The notes beneath the pieces are model-generated. The model was not told the origin of the DNA, searched no databases, and saw nothing but the letters and a program-made list of their open reading frames with translations. This document shows positions 1 to 9,127 of a stretch of DNA of 56,666 nt, piece after piece; position 1 is the first letter of the stretch, and each line of letters begins with the position of its first letter. Source of the DNA: Deltaproteobacteria bacterium (GTDB lineage: Bacteria; Bdellovibrionota; UBA1018; UBA923); the NCBI GenBank assembly GCA_016194725.1, contig JACQAW010000342.1, positions 1 to 56,666 on the forward strand, given 5' to 3'. The position numbers and the translations under genes were made by a program.

Positions 1-517
1 CGGAATCAAAAACCCATGGGTGGCCAAGTGCGTCAAGACCGTCTATATCCAGGTCATGACCAACAACTCGCTCAAGGCGGGTATCGAGATTCCGTTCACC
101 ACCGCGTTGGCCAAGGAGTTCGAGAGCGGGGGCAAGGTGCGAGTGGTGGGCGACGAAAAAGAAGCTGATGCCATCGTCAAAGGCACGATTGCCTCATTCA
201 CCTCTGAGTTCAACCCATCGGGCTTGACCAGCGTTTCGTCGATTTCAAACTCGCTCGACGCGCAGGCGCTCAGTGACATGGTGGTGGCTTCGGAATACAT
301 CGCCACGGCCAACATTACCGTGCAGTTGATCAAACGCGATGGCCCCGTGCTGTGGACGCAAACTTTCTCGCGCCCCAAGGTTTACCCCGCGGGCAACCGC
401 TTCGGTTTGCAGGGCACGACCTCGGCGCTGATCGACGCCCCGGTGGAACAGCTGGCGCTGGTGGATATCGCGGGCTTCATTGCCAGCGATGTGCACGACA
501 CGATGTATGTTTGGTGA
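1..517 (+). CDS. lptE: LPS-assembly lipoprotein LptE-like, 5' end outside window
   Basis: The reading frame is open from base 2, and the ORF track lists 20..517. The alternating hydrophobic beta pattern (KTVYIQVMTNNS..., EADAIVKGTI...) and the position directly upstream of holA fit the conserved lptE-holA arrangement. No signal peptide lies inside the window. Confidence 0.5.
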   Translation, partial: GIKNPWVAKCVKTVYIQVMTNNSLKAGIEIPFTTALAKEFESGGKVRVVGDEKEADAIVKGTIASFTSEFNPSGLTSVSSISNSLDAQALSDMVVASEYIATANITVQLIKRDGPVLWTQTFSRPKVYPAGNRFGLQGTTSALIDAPVEQLALVDIAGFIASDVHDTMYVW

Positions 518-1361
518 CGAGCAAAATTTGACCTTTTGCGTGGACCGCATCGATGGCGCCACGGCCACGGGCAGTGACGTGCTTGAGGCAATTCAAAGCA
601 TGGGTCTTTTTGGAGGCGCCTCCGATGATCGGCGGCGGCTGGTGATTGTCCGCGAGGCCCAGCTTCTCAAAGAGCTTGATCCACTTGCGGACGCCGCGAT
701 GAACGCGGGAAAAGGCGCCAGTCCCTGGGGCGACAGCCTGCTTTTGCTCGTGGCGGAAAGTATCGACGGACGCCGCAAATTTCATCAGTGGCTGAAAAAG
801 CACGATCTGACGTTGGAGTTCAAACCCGCGCGCGATGCCGAGCTTGCGCAGTGGGTGGCCTATCTGACCAGGAAATGCGGTGCGAAGGTCGACGCCCAGG
901 CGGCCCAGATGCTGGCCGTGATGTCTGACGGTAGCCTGTATCGGCTGGCGCAGGAGATCGAAAAGGCGTGGCTGTATGCCGGCGGCACCGCCGGCGCCGA
1001 AATCACGGCCGAGCATATTTCGATGATCAGCACGAGCCAGATTACCCATGAAATGATCGAGCTGGTCCGCGCCGTGCTCGAAGGCAAACGCACGCGCGGC
1101 CTGCTGCTGAGCGAGAAGCTTATTCGTGCGCCCGAAGACGCGCTGGGGCTGGTTGGTTTTCTGACCTGGGCCATCAAAAACCCAGGCCGCGGTTTTACCG
1201 GAAACATCGCGGGCGGCGCCGGGCGCGCACGCAAGATGGTGCATGCTCTGGTGGAGCTGGATTTTCGTTTGAAGAGCTCGGGGCTGGATGCGAATGCTTT
1301 GGTGGAGCAGTTTGTTATTGAACAGACGGCGCTGTGTCTCCGGTCTGAATCTGCGACCTGA
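507..1361 (+). CDS. holA: DNA polymerase III subunit delta (HolA)
   Basis: ORF 480..1361. The ATG at 507 overlaps the lptE stop (TGA 515-517). SMGLFGG..RRLVIVREAQ, LTLEFKPARDAEL.QWV and LYRLAQEIEKAWLY resemble HolA domains I-III. The N-terminus is about 30 aa shorter than E. coli HolA, so the start is uncertain (480-507). Confidence 0.7.
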   Translation: MFGDEQNLTFCVDRIDGATATGSDVLEAIQSMGLFGGASDDRRRLVIVREAQLLKELDPLADAAMNAGKGASPWGDSLLLLVAESIDGRRKFHQWLKKHDLTLEFKPARDAELAQWVAYLTRKCGAKVDAQAAQMLAVMSDGSLYRLAQEIEKAWLYAGGTAGAEITAEHISMISTSQITHEMIELVRAVLEGKRTRGLLLSEKLIRAPEDALGLVGFLTWAIKNPGRGFTGNIAGGAGRARKMVHALVELDFRLKSSGLDANALVEQFVIEQTALCLRSESAT

Positions 1362-1382
1362 ACAGTTGCCTAGAAACGCAAA

Positions 1383-1414
1383 ATGGACGCAACTCCGCCT
1401 GGAGCTGCATCCAT
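1383..1414. terminator. Bidirectional hairpin between convergent holA and rpsT
   Basis: ATGGACGCAACTCC-GCCT-GGAGCTGCATCCAT pairs at 12 of 14 positions. T-rich tracts flank it on both strands. Confidence 0.5.
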
Positions 1415-1440
1415 TTCGATACTATCTAACCAAAAAAAAT

Positions 1441-1734
1441 TTACTTGCTGGCGCGAGCGGCTTCGGGCTTGAACTTCGCGTTCAAGGCAGCAGCCATGCG
1501 AGCAAGTTTGCGGCTGGCGCGTTCTTTAGGAAGCACGCCTTTGCTGACAGCTTTCTGCAGCACGCGGTCGGCAGCACTGAGCGCCTTGAGTGCATCTGCG
1601 CGGTTAGCTGCGCCGGTAACTCCGGTGAAAGACTTCTTGGCTTCAGTCTTGGTCTTTCCGCGAAGAGCGGTGTTGCGTGCACGGCGCTTGTCGTTTTGAC
1701 GAGCGCGTTTGATTGCGGACTTGTGGTTTGCCAC
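1441..1734 (-). CDS. rpsT: 30S ribosomal protein S20
   Basis: MANHKSAIKRARQNDKRRARN... is a typical S20 sequence. The start is GTG, preceded by a GGAGG Shine-Dalgarno. Confidence 0.95.
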   Translation of the reverse strand: MANHKSAIKRARQNDKRRARNTALRGKTKTEAKKSFTGVTGAANRADALKALSAADRVLQKAVSKGVLPKERASRKLARMAAALNAKFKPEAARASK

Positions 1735-1767
1735 TTATGCCTCCAAAAGCAAAATAATAGAACGCCT

Positions 1768-1796
1768 CTTGTACCGATGAATCTGTCTGATTTCAA
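1768..1796 (-). promoter_or_regulatory. Candidate sigma-70 promoter for rpsT (TTGAAA-17-TACAAG)
   Basis: Read on the minus strand in the AT-rich divergent intergenic region. It would give a 5' UTR of about 35 nt. Confidence 0.3.
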
Positions 1797-1809
1797 TAAC
1801 GAAAAATAC

Positions 1810-1838
1810 TTGACTTAAATAGTCTATTATTATATAAA
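1810..1838 (+). promoter_or_regulatory. Near-consensus sigma-70 promoter (TTGACT-17-TATAAA) abutting the ATG at 1845
   Basis: TTGACT lies at 1810-1815, followed by a 17-nt spacer and TATAAA at 1833-1838. The ATG at 1845 is 6 nt after the -10 element and has no SD, which predicts a leaderless mRNA. Confidence 0.4.
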
Positions 1839-1844
1839 TATGCG

Positions 1845-2465
1845 ATGAATTTTCCCAAGCTCACCGGCACCCGCGTCATTACCCTAGGATTACTCGCGGG
1901 TGCCGTGTTTGCCGCCGGTTTTGCTCCTAAAGGCCCTATCACACCTGACCTCTTGATTACGGGGCTGGCCGCTTTTGAAGACGGAACCCCGGTCGAGGCG
2001 CCCGTGCTGAGCTTTTCGGTAACCGCCGTGGGAAACGAACTTTTTAGCCATGCCCGTGGCTGCGCGCCAGTCCAAGGCCAGCGCCAGGGCTGGCTGCGCA
2101 AGGAGCTGAGCAGCAACTTTGGCGGGGCCTACCGCCTTGAGATCAGCTCGGAAGACTTTCTTTCAACCGATTCAAGCCGTTGCTCCAGCAGTGGCGGCAC
2201 GGTCGAGGCTATCGACCTGCTGCGACTCGAAGTTTCCATACCCACCGATTTCAAGGTCTGCGCCGCCTTTTGTCGCGCCAATCGCCCCTCGCACATGTCG
2301 TCGTGCCTTTCGGAGTGCACTACGGGCAACCGCCGGCTTTTGGGTACGAAAGTCGTTTTACGCGAGGAGCTGGCCAGCAGAAAAATGCCTCTGGGCCGCC
2401 ACATGAGTGGAATCAATGAGATAGCTGTCGTTTTTGATCACTACAGCGCGGCTGCGCAAAACTAG
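1845..2465 (+). CDS. Hypothetical secreted protein
   Basis: 206-aa ORF with an N-terminal hydrophobic segment (VITLGLLAGAVFAAGFA) and several Cys residues. I recognise no family. Confidence 0.45.
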   Translation: MNFPKLTGTRVITLGLLAGAVFAAGFAPKGPITPDLLITGLAAFEDGTPVEAPVLSFSVTAVGNELFSHARGCAPVQGQRQGWLRKELSSNFGGAYRLEISSEDFLSTDSSRCSSSGGTVEAIDLLRLEVSIPTDFKVCAAFCRANRPSHMSSCLSECTTGNRRLLGTKVVLREELASRKMPLGRHMSGINEIAVVFDHYSAAAQN

Positions 2466-2508
2466 TTTTATTGCTTACTTTGAATTGGCAGGTCGCCGTG
2501 TTACTGGC

Positions 2509-3888
2509 ATGCGCATGCGTATAATGGTGCGTTTTCTGAAGCGAATCTCGCTTACTCAGTGGATTTTTATTGGGCTGGTCGGCGGGTTTTTGATGGGTGT
2601 GTTTACGCCTCAGTTTGTTCCCATCATTAAACCTTTTCGCGATCTTTTTCTCCAAGGCATCAAGTGCATCATCGCTCCGTTAATCTTCTCGACGATCGTG
2701 ACGGGCATTGCCGGTGCCGGCAGCTTCAAACAGCTTGGCCTGATGGGCGCCCGCACCCTGATTTATTTTGAGGTCGTCACTACCCTGGCTCTGGCCGTGG
2801 GCTTGGCCGCCGTGAACCTGCTTCAGCCGGGTAGCGGTCTGCACATCGGCGGCTCGCTGCCCGAGGCCGCGGTTAAGGCTGCCGCAACCAAGATGAGTTT
2901 TGGCGGCTTCGTCGAACATCTGCTGCCCACCAATATTGCGGACGCAGTGGTGCGCGGCGACGTGCTGCAGATCGTGATCCTGTCGACGCTGTTTGCGTTT
3001 TCAGTGCTGGCCGTTGGCGAGCGGGCACGACCCATGGTGGCCCTTTGCGAAAGCCTGGCCGACATCATGTTCAAGTTCACCGGCTTCATCATGTACCTGG
3101 CACCGCTGGGCGTGGGCGCGGCTTTGGCCACCAGCCTGGCCGAGCATGGCTGGCAGGTCATTGTGCCGTTGCTCAAGCTGGTCGGCTCGCTGTACCTGGC
3201 TTTGGGCGCTTTTCTGGTGTTCGTGCTTTACCCGGTTTGCCGCCTGTTCAAGATTCCGGTGATCCCTTTCGTCAGACACGTCAAGGATGCCGTCATCCTG
3301 GCCTTTGCCACCACGTCGAGCGAATCGGCTTATCCCATGGCCCTGGCTCAGCTTGAAAGGTTCGGTGTTCCCCGCCGCATCTCAAGTTTTGTTTTGCCCA
3401 TGGGTTACAGCTTCAATTTGGACGGCTCGACATTGTACCTGGCGGTAGCCTCGGTTTTCGTGGCACAGGCCGCGGGTGTGCAGCTCACGCTAAGCCAGCA
3501 GCTGCTGATGATGGTGACGCTGATGCTGACCACCAAGGGCGTGGCCGCGGTGCCGCGGGCCTCGATTGTCGTGCTGTCGGGAACGTTGGTTGCCTTTAAC
3601 CTTCCCATCGAAGGCGTGGCACTGATTCTGGGCGTCGATGCATTCATGGATATGGCGCGCACGGCGGTGAATCTGCTGGGTAACTGCCTGGCAACCGCTG
3701 TGGTAGCCCGTTGCGAAGGAATCGTGCTTCCTGGTGTTCAGTCGGCGGCGGGCGTGCTTGGAACGAGTGCGGGCCCGGCCTCGGCCAAGATGGCGCCGGA
3801 GTACATGAGCAACATGGCGCTCGACCACGAGCTCGATGCGTTGTGGAACAATACTGAAGTGCTTACTCGCGAGCTGCCCTACGTTTGA
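2509..3888 (+). CDS. Dicarboxylate/amino acid:cation symporter (GltP/DctA family)
   Basis: ORF 2434..3888. The likely start is the ATG at 2509 (MRMRIMVRFLKRISLTQWIFIGL...). It is multi-TM and carries SSESAYPM and GYSFNLDGSTLY motifs typical of the DAACS family. Confidence 0.85.
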   Translation: MRMRIMVRFLKRISLTQWIFIGLVGGFLMGVFTPQFVPIIKPFRDLFLQGIKCIIAPLIFSTIVTGIAGAGSFKQLGLMGARTLIYFEVVTTLALAVGLAAVNLLQPGSGLHIGGSLPEAAVKAAATKMSFGGFVEHLLPTNIADAVVRGDVLQIVILSTLFAFSVLAVGERARPMVALCESLADIMFKFTGFIMYLAPLGVGAALATSLAEHGWQVIVPLLKLVGSLYLALGAFLVFVLYPVCRLFKIPVIPFVRHVKDAVILAFATTSSESAYPMALAQLERFGVPRRISSFVLPMGYSFNLDGSTLYLAVASVFVAQAAGVQLTLSQQLLMMVTLMLTTKGVAAVPRASIVVLSGTLVAFNLPIEGVALILGVDAFMDMARTAVNLLGNCLATAVVARCEGIVLPGVQSAAGVLGTSAGPASAKMAPEYMSNMALDHELDALWNNTEVLTRELPYV

Positions 3889-3898
3889 TATGGGGCTA

Positions 3899-3922
3899 AT
3901 CGGTTTATAAACCCAAACCGAT
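3899..3922. terminator. Hairpin between convergent symporter and cupredoxin genes
   Basis: ATCGGTTT-ATAAACCC-AAACCGAT forms an 8-bp stem. It lacks a clear U-tract. Confidence 0.3.
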
Positions 3923-3933
3923 CACAGACAAGT

Positions 3934-4278
3934 CTACTCGAGTACGACCAGCTGTCCGCCCACATGGGCAGGGTGCAGATGGCAGCGAAAAGGGAAGATG
4001 CCGGCTTTGTCGGCGGTGAACTTGATGACCTTGCCTTTTTCGTCTGGCGCCTCGACGATCTTGTACCCTTCGATGGTGAAGCCGTGCATGGTGCCTTTGC
4101 CCAGCCGGCTGGTGGCCGTGATTTCAACCTCGTCGCCTTTTTTTACGACCATGGTCGAGGGCAGCCACATTTTCACGCCGCTGACTTCGACCGTATTCAT
4201 GGCGAATTTACGCGTTTCGGCGTGAGCCATGGTGGAAAACAGGGCAAGCGCCGCGGTAGCAATGAGTTTCATTTTCAT
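3934..4278 (-). CDS. Cupredoxin-like copper-binding protein, secreted
   Basis: Signal peptide MKMKLIATAALALFSTMAHA. HGF...FRCHLHPAHVGG resembles the His...Cys-x-x-His ligand arrangement of plastocyanin/azurin-like domains. Its start overlaps the elbB stop by 4 nt. Confidence 0.6.
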   Translation of the reverse strand: MKMKLIATAALALFSTMAHAETRKFAMNTVEVSGVKMWLPSTMVVKKGDEVEITATSRLGKGTMHGFTIEGYKIVEAPDEKGKVIKFTADKAGIFPFRCHLHPAHVGGQLVVLE

Positions 4279-4943
4279 AATAGGCTTACAACCTCTTGGG
4301 TTAGTTTTTGAATGCCGGTGAATATTTCGTGCAAGGGGGCGTTGTCGTACATATAGGCCGGAGTAGTGACGATGCGATGAGCTTTATCGACGACGCAGGC
4401 GTCGGGCTTGCAAACGACGTGGCGGTGGCCCAGCTTGGTGATTTCCTGCGCGGCCTCGCCGTCGGCGCCCACGGTAAGCTCCAGCTTCTCGCCCTTGAAG
4501 GCCAGGGCTAAAATGGCTGGGGCTATGCAAACGGCGCCGATGGGTTTTTTTGCGGTATACATGGGTTCGAGCACCGCGAACAGCTCGGCGCAAACCACGC
4601 CCTTTGAGCCGGCGAGGGCAAAGTTGCAAAGGTTCTTGGCCGCACCAAAGCCTCCGGGCATGATGACGCCGTCGAACTCGCGCGGATTGAGCTGCGTCAG
4701 CGGAGCCACCTTGCCGCGTGCGATGCGCGCGCTCTCAACCAGCTGGTTTCGCGTTTCACCTTTGACGGGCTGACTGGTCAGGCAGTTCATGACGTCAGCC
4801 TGGGCGCTATCGGGCGCAAAGCATTGCACATCGACGACGTTGGAGTGCTGACTCAGGGCCCACAGCGTTCCCACGGCTTCGCGAATTTCGCTGCCGTCAA
4901 GGTAACCACTGCCACACAGGATTACGGCTACTTTTTTCTTCAT
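4275..4943 (-). CDS. elbB: Isoprenoid biosynthesis glyoxalase ElbB (DJ-1/PfpI superfamily)
   Basis: MKKKVAVILCGSGYLDGSEIREAV...VIMPGGFGAAKNL...GAVCIAP is highly characteristic of ElbB/ES1. Confidence 0.85.
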   Translation of the reverse strand: MKKKVAVILCGSGYLDGSEIREAVGTLWALSQHSNVVDVQCFAPDSAQADVMNCLTSQPVKGETRNQLVESARIARGKVAPLTQLNPREFDGVIMPGGFGAAKNLCNFALAGSKGVVCAELFAVLEPMYTAKKPIGAVCIAPAILALAFKGEKLELTVGADGEAAQEITKLGHRHVVCKPDACVVDKAHRIVTTPAYMYDNAPLHEIFTGIQKLTQEVVSLL

Positions 4944-4995
4944 GTGCTATAAAATCTCCCCGCTGTGGTCTAAAGTCAATGCCAGAGGGATTCCA

Positions 4996-5562
4996 GTGAG
5001 CAAGGCATTTACCAGGGAGACTGACGGCAATGATACGGATTCCGGCGATGACGCGTCATCGTCCGGGCCCGCGATTCCCAAGGGCGTTAAAAATTATATT
5101 ACACCCGTGGGCTTTGCGCGCCTGAAAGACGAGCTCAAGCGGTTGCTGCACACCGAAAGGCCCGAGCTGGTCAAGACCATCTCGTGGGCGGCGGGCAACG
5201 GCGACCGCTCTGAGAATGGCGACTATATCTACGGCAAGCGGCGGCTGCGCGAAATCGATCGCCGCATCCGATTCCTGGGCAAGCGCTTGGATGCGGCCGA
5301 GGTGGTCGACCCGAGCTCGCAGAAATCGGAGCGCATCGTTTTTGGCGCGACCGTGACGGTGTTGAACGAAGAGGGCGAGTCGCGAAAATACGTGATCGTC
5401 GGCATCGACGAAACCGACGCCCAGCGGGGCAGGGTGAGCTGGATTTCGCCGCTGGCCAAGGCGCTGCTGGGCGCCCAGGCAGGAGATGCCGTCCAGCTCA
5501 AGACGCCCAGGGGCGAGCAGGAACTGGAAATCCTGCGCGTGGATTACCTGCCTGTTGAATAA
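4996..5562 (+). CDS. greB: Transcription elongation factor GreB
   Basis: ORF 4942..5562. The likely GTG start at 4996 gives (M)SKAFTRE..., a common Gre-family N-terminus. WAAGNGDRSENGDYIYGKRRLREIDRRIRFL and the C-terminal SPLAKALLG are present. There is an acidic N-terminal extension. Confidence 0.85.
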   Translation: MSKAFTRETDGNDTDSGDDASSSGPAIPKGVKNYITPVGFARLKDELKRLLHTERPELVKTISWAAGNGDRSENGDYIYGKRRLREIDRRIRFLGKRLDAAEVVDPSSQKSERIVFGATVTVLNEEGESRKYVIVGIDETDAQRGRVSWISPLAKALLGAQAGDAVQLKTPRGEQELEILRVDYLPVE

Positions 5563-5653
5563 TACAGAGCGGAGCACGTTTTCATGTAGTATGCTTATGC
5601 CTCCTAAGCAAAAATTGCCCGGCCAGCCCCGGCCGTAATCTGTCGATAAGTAG

Positions 5654-7579
5654 TTGATGAAAATTTTCGTACTGTTGGGTCTGGGTGCATTTCTTGGGTC
5701 CTTGCCTGCCGCGCACGCGCGCTGGGCCACACCCGACGATTCGGAATGGGCCACCGAGAGCTACAAGCTCGACATCGACGTGCGAAAAGACGGCACCTTC
5801 AAGTCGACCACCGAGAGCTTGAACACGATATTGCGCGACGGCGCGCGCTCGATGTCGAACTACCGGCTGGGCTACAACTCGCGCGCCTCCAAGTTCAAAG
5901 TGCTTGAGGCTTCCACGATAAATCAGGGCACCACCTTTCAGGTCGACAGCGAGTTCATCGAAGACAAGCCGCAGGCCAGCCGCCTGAGCGGCTTTGACCA
6001 GATGAATCTGGTCGTGATCGCGTTTCCAAAAGTGCAGATCGGTTCGATGCTGCACGTGAAGTACGTCGAGGAACACAAAGAGGTGCCGTTTCCGAACCAT
6101 TATTCGGCGCGCTTCGAGTTCGGCCATAACTGGAACGTCAAGAAGTACGACATCCACCTGCGCTCGGAGATGCCGCTCAAGATCGAAAAGAACGACCCGC
6201 AAGGCAAGCTCGAGATCGTGCAGAGCAAAAAATCAGATGACGAGTATGAGCTGACGGTGAAGTTGAAATCGCCGCTGTACACCCATGCGATTGACGAGCC
6301 CTGGCCCTCGACCAGCCAGAAAGACGTAACCTGGGTGGTGGTGTCGAGCGCGAAAGACTATGCCGAGCTGGGCGACTCGCTGGCGGAAAAATACGATGCC
6401 GTGGTGAACGCCGAGCTGCCACCGTCGTATCAGAAAATACTGGAAGCGGCTAAAACGAAGAAGACGATGGTCGAGCGCCTCAATACGATTACCTCCGAGC
6501 TCAACACCGAGGTACGCTATATGGGCGACTGGCGGCCCATCGCCGGGGGGCATGTGCCACGCCCGCTTGAGGTGGTGGCGAAAACCAAGTTTGGCGACTG
6601 CAAGGATTTCGCGAGCGGCACGGTGGCGATCTTGCGCAAGCTGGGCGTGACGGCCGACGTGGCCTGGGTCGAGCGCAGCACCCAGCCCAGTCCGCTGCCG
6701 CCGCTGGCCTATACCGGCGCCTTCAACCACGCGATCGTGTGGGCCAGGGCCGAGGGGCGGGAGTGGTGGATTGACCCTACGAATTTTGCGAGCTTCGCGC
6801 AGGGAATATTCACGGACATCATCGACCGCAAGGCACTCATCGTGGAGCCCAAAGCTTCGCGCCTGGGAACGATTCCCGCCGGCCTGGCGCAGGATTCGCT
6901 GCGTGAGAATTCCTCGCGCGTCACTCTTGAGCCCAGCGGCGACGCCAAAATCGAAGCGGTGCTGAATTTCAAAGGGCGTGGGGCCGCGGGCTACACGGGT
7001 GCCTTGATGAAGCAATCCAAGGATCATGTCGACCACGCCATTATCACCGCGCTCGTGGAAGAGAATCGGCTGAAGTGGAGCCAAATCGACGCTTACGACC
7101 TGAACTCGCGCGTGACCGCCGATTTCAACATCAAGCTGCGTTGGGAAGAACAGCGCTATTCGATGCGCACAACGGTGGGACCCGCCTTCTACCTGGGGCA
7201 ACAGGATGTCGACCACCTGATTCGGCTCGAGACCAAGAAGCGGGTATCCGACCTTTTCCAGGGTCACCCCGACATTATTCAGGACACCGATTTTGTCGAC
7301 AACATCAAGCTGTTGGGCCAGAACGCGCCCGAGTGCTCGATTGACAGCCCCTGGGTCAAGGTTTCGCGAAAGATCACGCAAACCGCGCACGGCCTGAAAA
7401 TCGTCGATCGCCGCGAGGTGAAGACGAGCCTGATCAAGATCGAAGAGCTGAAGAGCCCGGCCTTTGAGAAGTTTCAGAAAAATCTTCAAAAGTGCTTTGA
7501 CCGCGTGGCGGTGGTTTATGCGCCCCTGAACTCGCTCCATCCGCGCGCGATATCGTCAGAGAATATCAGGCAAAAATGA
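5654..7579 (+). CDS. DUF3857-like plus transglutaminase-like domain protein, secreted
   Basis: Signal peptide present. It has a Cys-His-Asp core: FGDCKDFASGTVAILRKLGV, NHAIVWAR, WWIDPT. Confidence 0.6.
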   Translation: MMKIFVLLGLGAFLGSLPAAHARWATPDDSEWATESYKLDIDVRKDGTFKSTTESLNTILRDGARSMSNYRLGYNSRASKFKVLEASTINQGTTFQVDSEFIEDKPQASRLSGFDQMNLVVIAFPKVQIGSMLHVKYVEEHKEVPFPNHYSARFEFGHNWNVKKYDIHLRSEMPLKIEKNDPQGKLEIVQSKKSDDEYELTVKLKSPLYTHAIDEPWPSTSQKDVTWVVVSSAKDYAELGDSLAEKYDAVVNAELPPSYQKILEAAKTKKTMVERLNTITSELNTEVRYMGDWRPIAGGHVPRPLEVVAKTKFGDCKDFASGTVAILRKLGVTADVAWVERSTQPSPLPPLAYTGAFNHAIVWARAEGREWWIDPTNFASFAQGIFTDIIDRKALIVEPKASRLGTIPAGLAQDSLRENSSRVTLEPSGDAKIEAVLNFKGRGAAGYTGALMKQSKDHVDHAIITALVEENRLKWSQIDAYDLNSRVTADFNIKLRWEEQRYSMRTTVGPAFYLGQQDVDHLIRLETKKRVSDLFQGHPDIIQDTDFVDNIKLLGQNAPECSIDSPWVKVSRKITQTAHGLKIVDRREVKTSLIKIEELKSPAFEKFQKNLQKCFDRVAVVYAPLNSLHPRAISSENIRQK

Positions 7580-7646
7580 AATCGCGGCATGGCCTAAAGT
7601 TTTTGCCGAGTTCTACCGATAAGGTATTTGGGGGAACTCACGCTTT

Positions 7647-8420
7647 ATGGCGTCCTGGTATCTGGGCATAAATAACAAGTCTGTCGGGCCGCTCACGCGC
7701 GAGGATGTGCTGGCGCGTTTGCGCAGCGGGAATATTCCGCTCACCACCCTGGCGTGGCGCGAGGGGATGAAGAGCTGGGAGCCGCTCTCGAAAACCGAGC
7801 TGGCCCAGGCCGACGAGCCGGCGGTGCTGCCCCTGACCGCTGGCCAATACGGGGGCGTTTCAGTCGCGCCCGCCGTCCAGCCCGAGTTCGGCAGAGCGGA
7901 CGTGGCTTGCTACGCCGGTTTTGGGATTCGCGCCGTGGCTATGGCCGTCGACGGCGTGCTGTACGTTACTTTTGGCACGATGCTGGCCATCTGTTTTGGA
8001 ATTTTTCTGGGCTTTGCCATGTCGCTTCGCGGTTTTGAACCCGAGCGGATTTCAAGGGTGGCCAACGTCTTTGGCTTTTTTCTGAGTCTGGGCTTTGGAA
8101 TTTTCTACTATGGAATTTTGCAGGGCGTGCTGGGTGGCTCGCCGGGCAAATTGATCGTGGGTCTGCGGCTGGTGCGAGCTGACCTTGGACCCGTGACGGT
8201 TTGGCGCGCGCTGGCCCGCTATTTCGCGTTTCTCTTTGCGCTGGCACCCATGGGGCTGGGTCTGCTGTTTCTTGGCTTTCACCCCCGCAAGCAGGGGCTG
8301 CACGATCTGCTGGCCGGCACGGCGGTGGTGACGCGTGAGGGATTGGCTGCGATTAATAAATTGAACGCGGAATTACCCGCCGCCATCGGCACCGACGAGG
8401 CCATTAAAAAAGCTGCCTGA
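7647..8420 (+). CDS. GYF_2 (DUF4339)-RDD family membrane protein
   Basis: The N-terminal segment WYLGINNKSVGPLTREDV...WREGMKSWEPL is a GYF_2-type module. The C-terminal part has 3 TM helices with RDD-like features (GIRAVAMAVDGVLY...GLHDLLAGTAVV). Confidence 0.65.
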   Translation: MASWYLGINNKSVGPLTREDVLARLRSGNIPLTTLAWREGMKSWEPLSKTELAQADEPAVLPLTAGQYGGVSVAPAVQPEFGRADVACYAGFGIRAVAMAVDGVLYVTFGTMLAICFGIFLGFAMSLRGFEPERISRVANVFGFFLSLGFGIFYYGILQGVLGGSPGKLIVGLRLVRADLGPVTVWRALARYFAFLFALAPMGLGLLFLGFHPRKQGLHDLLAGTAVVTREGLAAINKLNAELPAAIGTDEAIKKAA

Positions 8421-8422
8421 GG

Positions 8423-9127
8423 TTAGGCTTGTGGTGGAGCTTCAGAGCCGGAGGATTCCGAGCTGTCCGGTTTTTTTTCCGCCGCAGCTTTTGGTGCGGT
8501 TTCAATGGGCTTGGCCAGCGGCTTGGGCAATGTCGCCGGATCAACCGGGCCCGTATTGAGCGGTGGGTGAGGCGGGCGGCGTTTGCGCGGTGGGCGCGAA
8601 TGTTTTGCTGGCTCTTCACCTGGTTTCGCGGTCGAAGCTCCGGGCTTTACGAAAATATCCACCTTAAGTGGATTATGAGGAACATTCACGGGTGCAGCGC
8701 GCTCGGGGCGTGGACCACGTCCGCCGCCTTCATTGCGTCCGCCACGGCCTTTGCCGCCGCCTTTGCCTTTGCCGCCACGTTTGCCGTCGCGTCCGCCGCC
8801 GTCACGGGAATCAAAACGCTTCTGGGCGCTTTGCGGTGGCGCGAAAAATTCAGCTAAAAAGTTCTTGTCGCCTTTGAGCAGCGCGCCTTTGGGTGCTGAC
8901 TTGCCTTCTTCGACCGCGAATACCACGACGCGTTTTAACCCCTCAGGACGTTCCTCGGCAACTTCGAGGGCTGCGAGGAAAAGGGTAAGCTTGTCCCCTT
9001 CAAGCTTCAGGGCTTCGCCCATAGCCGCGGGAAGCTCTTCCGCGGTCTTGCCGGCTGCCGTAAGCTCTTTTTTGGTGTTCATGGCGTTTTTCAGGCGGAA
9101 GGCATCGAATTCAGTCAGTGTTTTCAT
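8423..9127 (-). CDS. Hypothetical protein with Gly/Arg/Lys-rich (RGG-like) and Pro-rich tail
   Basis: ORF 8423..9214. The likely ATG at 9127 (MKTLTEF...) follows AAGGAAA. The N-terminal ~110 aa look folded, followed by DGGGRDGKRGGKGKGGGKGRGGRNEGGGRGPRP and a P/K-rich tail. Confidence 0.55.
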   Translation of the reverse strand: MKTLTEFDAFRLKNAMNTKKELTAAGKTAEELPAAMGEALKLEGDKLTLFLAALEVAEERPEGLKRVVVFAVEEGKSAPKGALLKGDKNFLAEFFAPPQSAQKRFDSRDGGGRDGKRGGKGKGGGKGRGGRNEGGGRGPRPERAAPVNVPHNPLKVDIFVKPGASTAKPGEEPAKHSRPPRKRRPPHPPLNTGPVDPATLPKPLAKPIETAPKAAAEKKPDSSESSGSEAPPQA

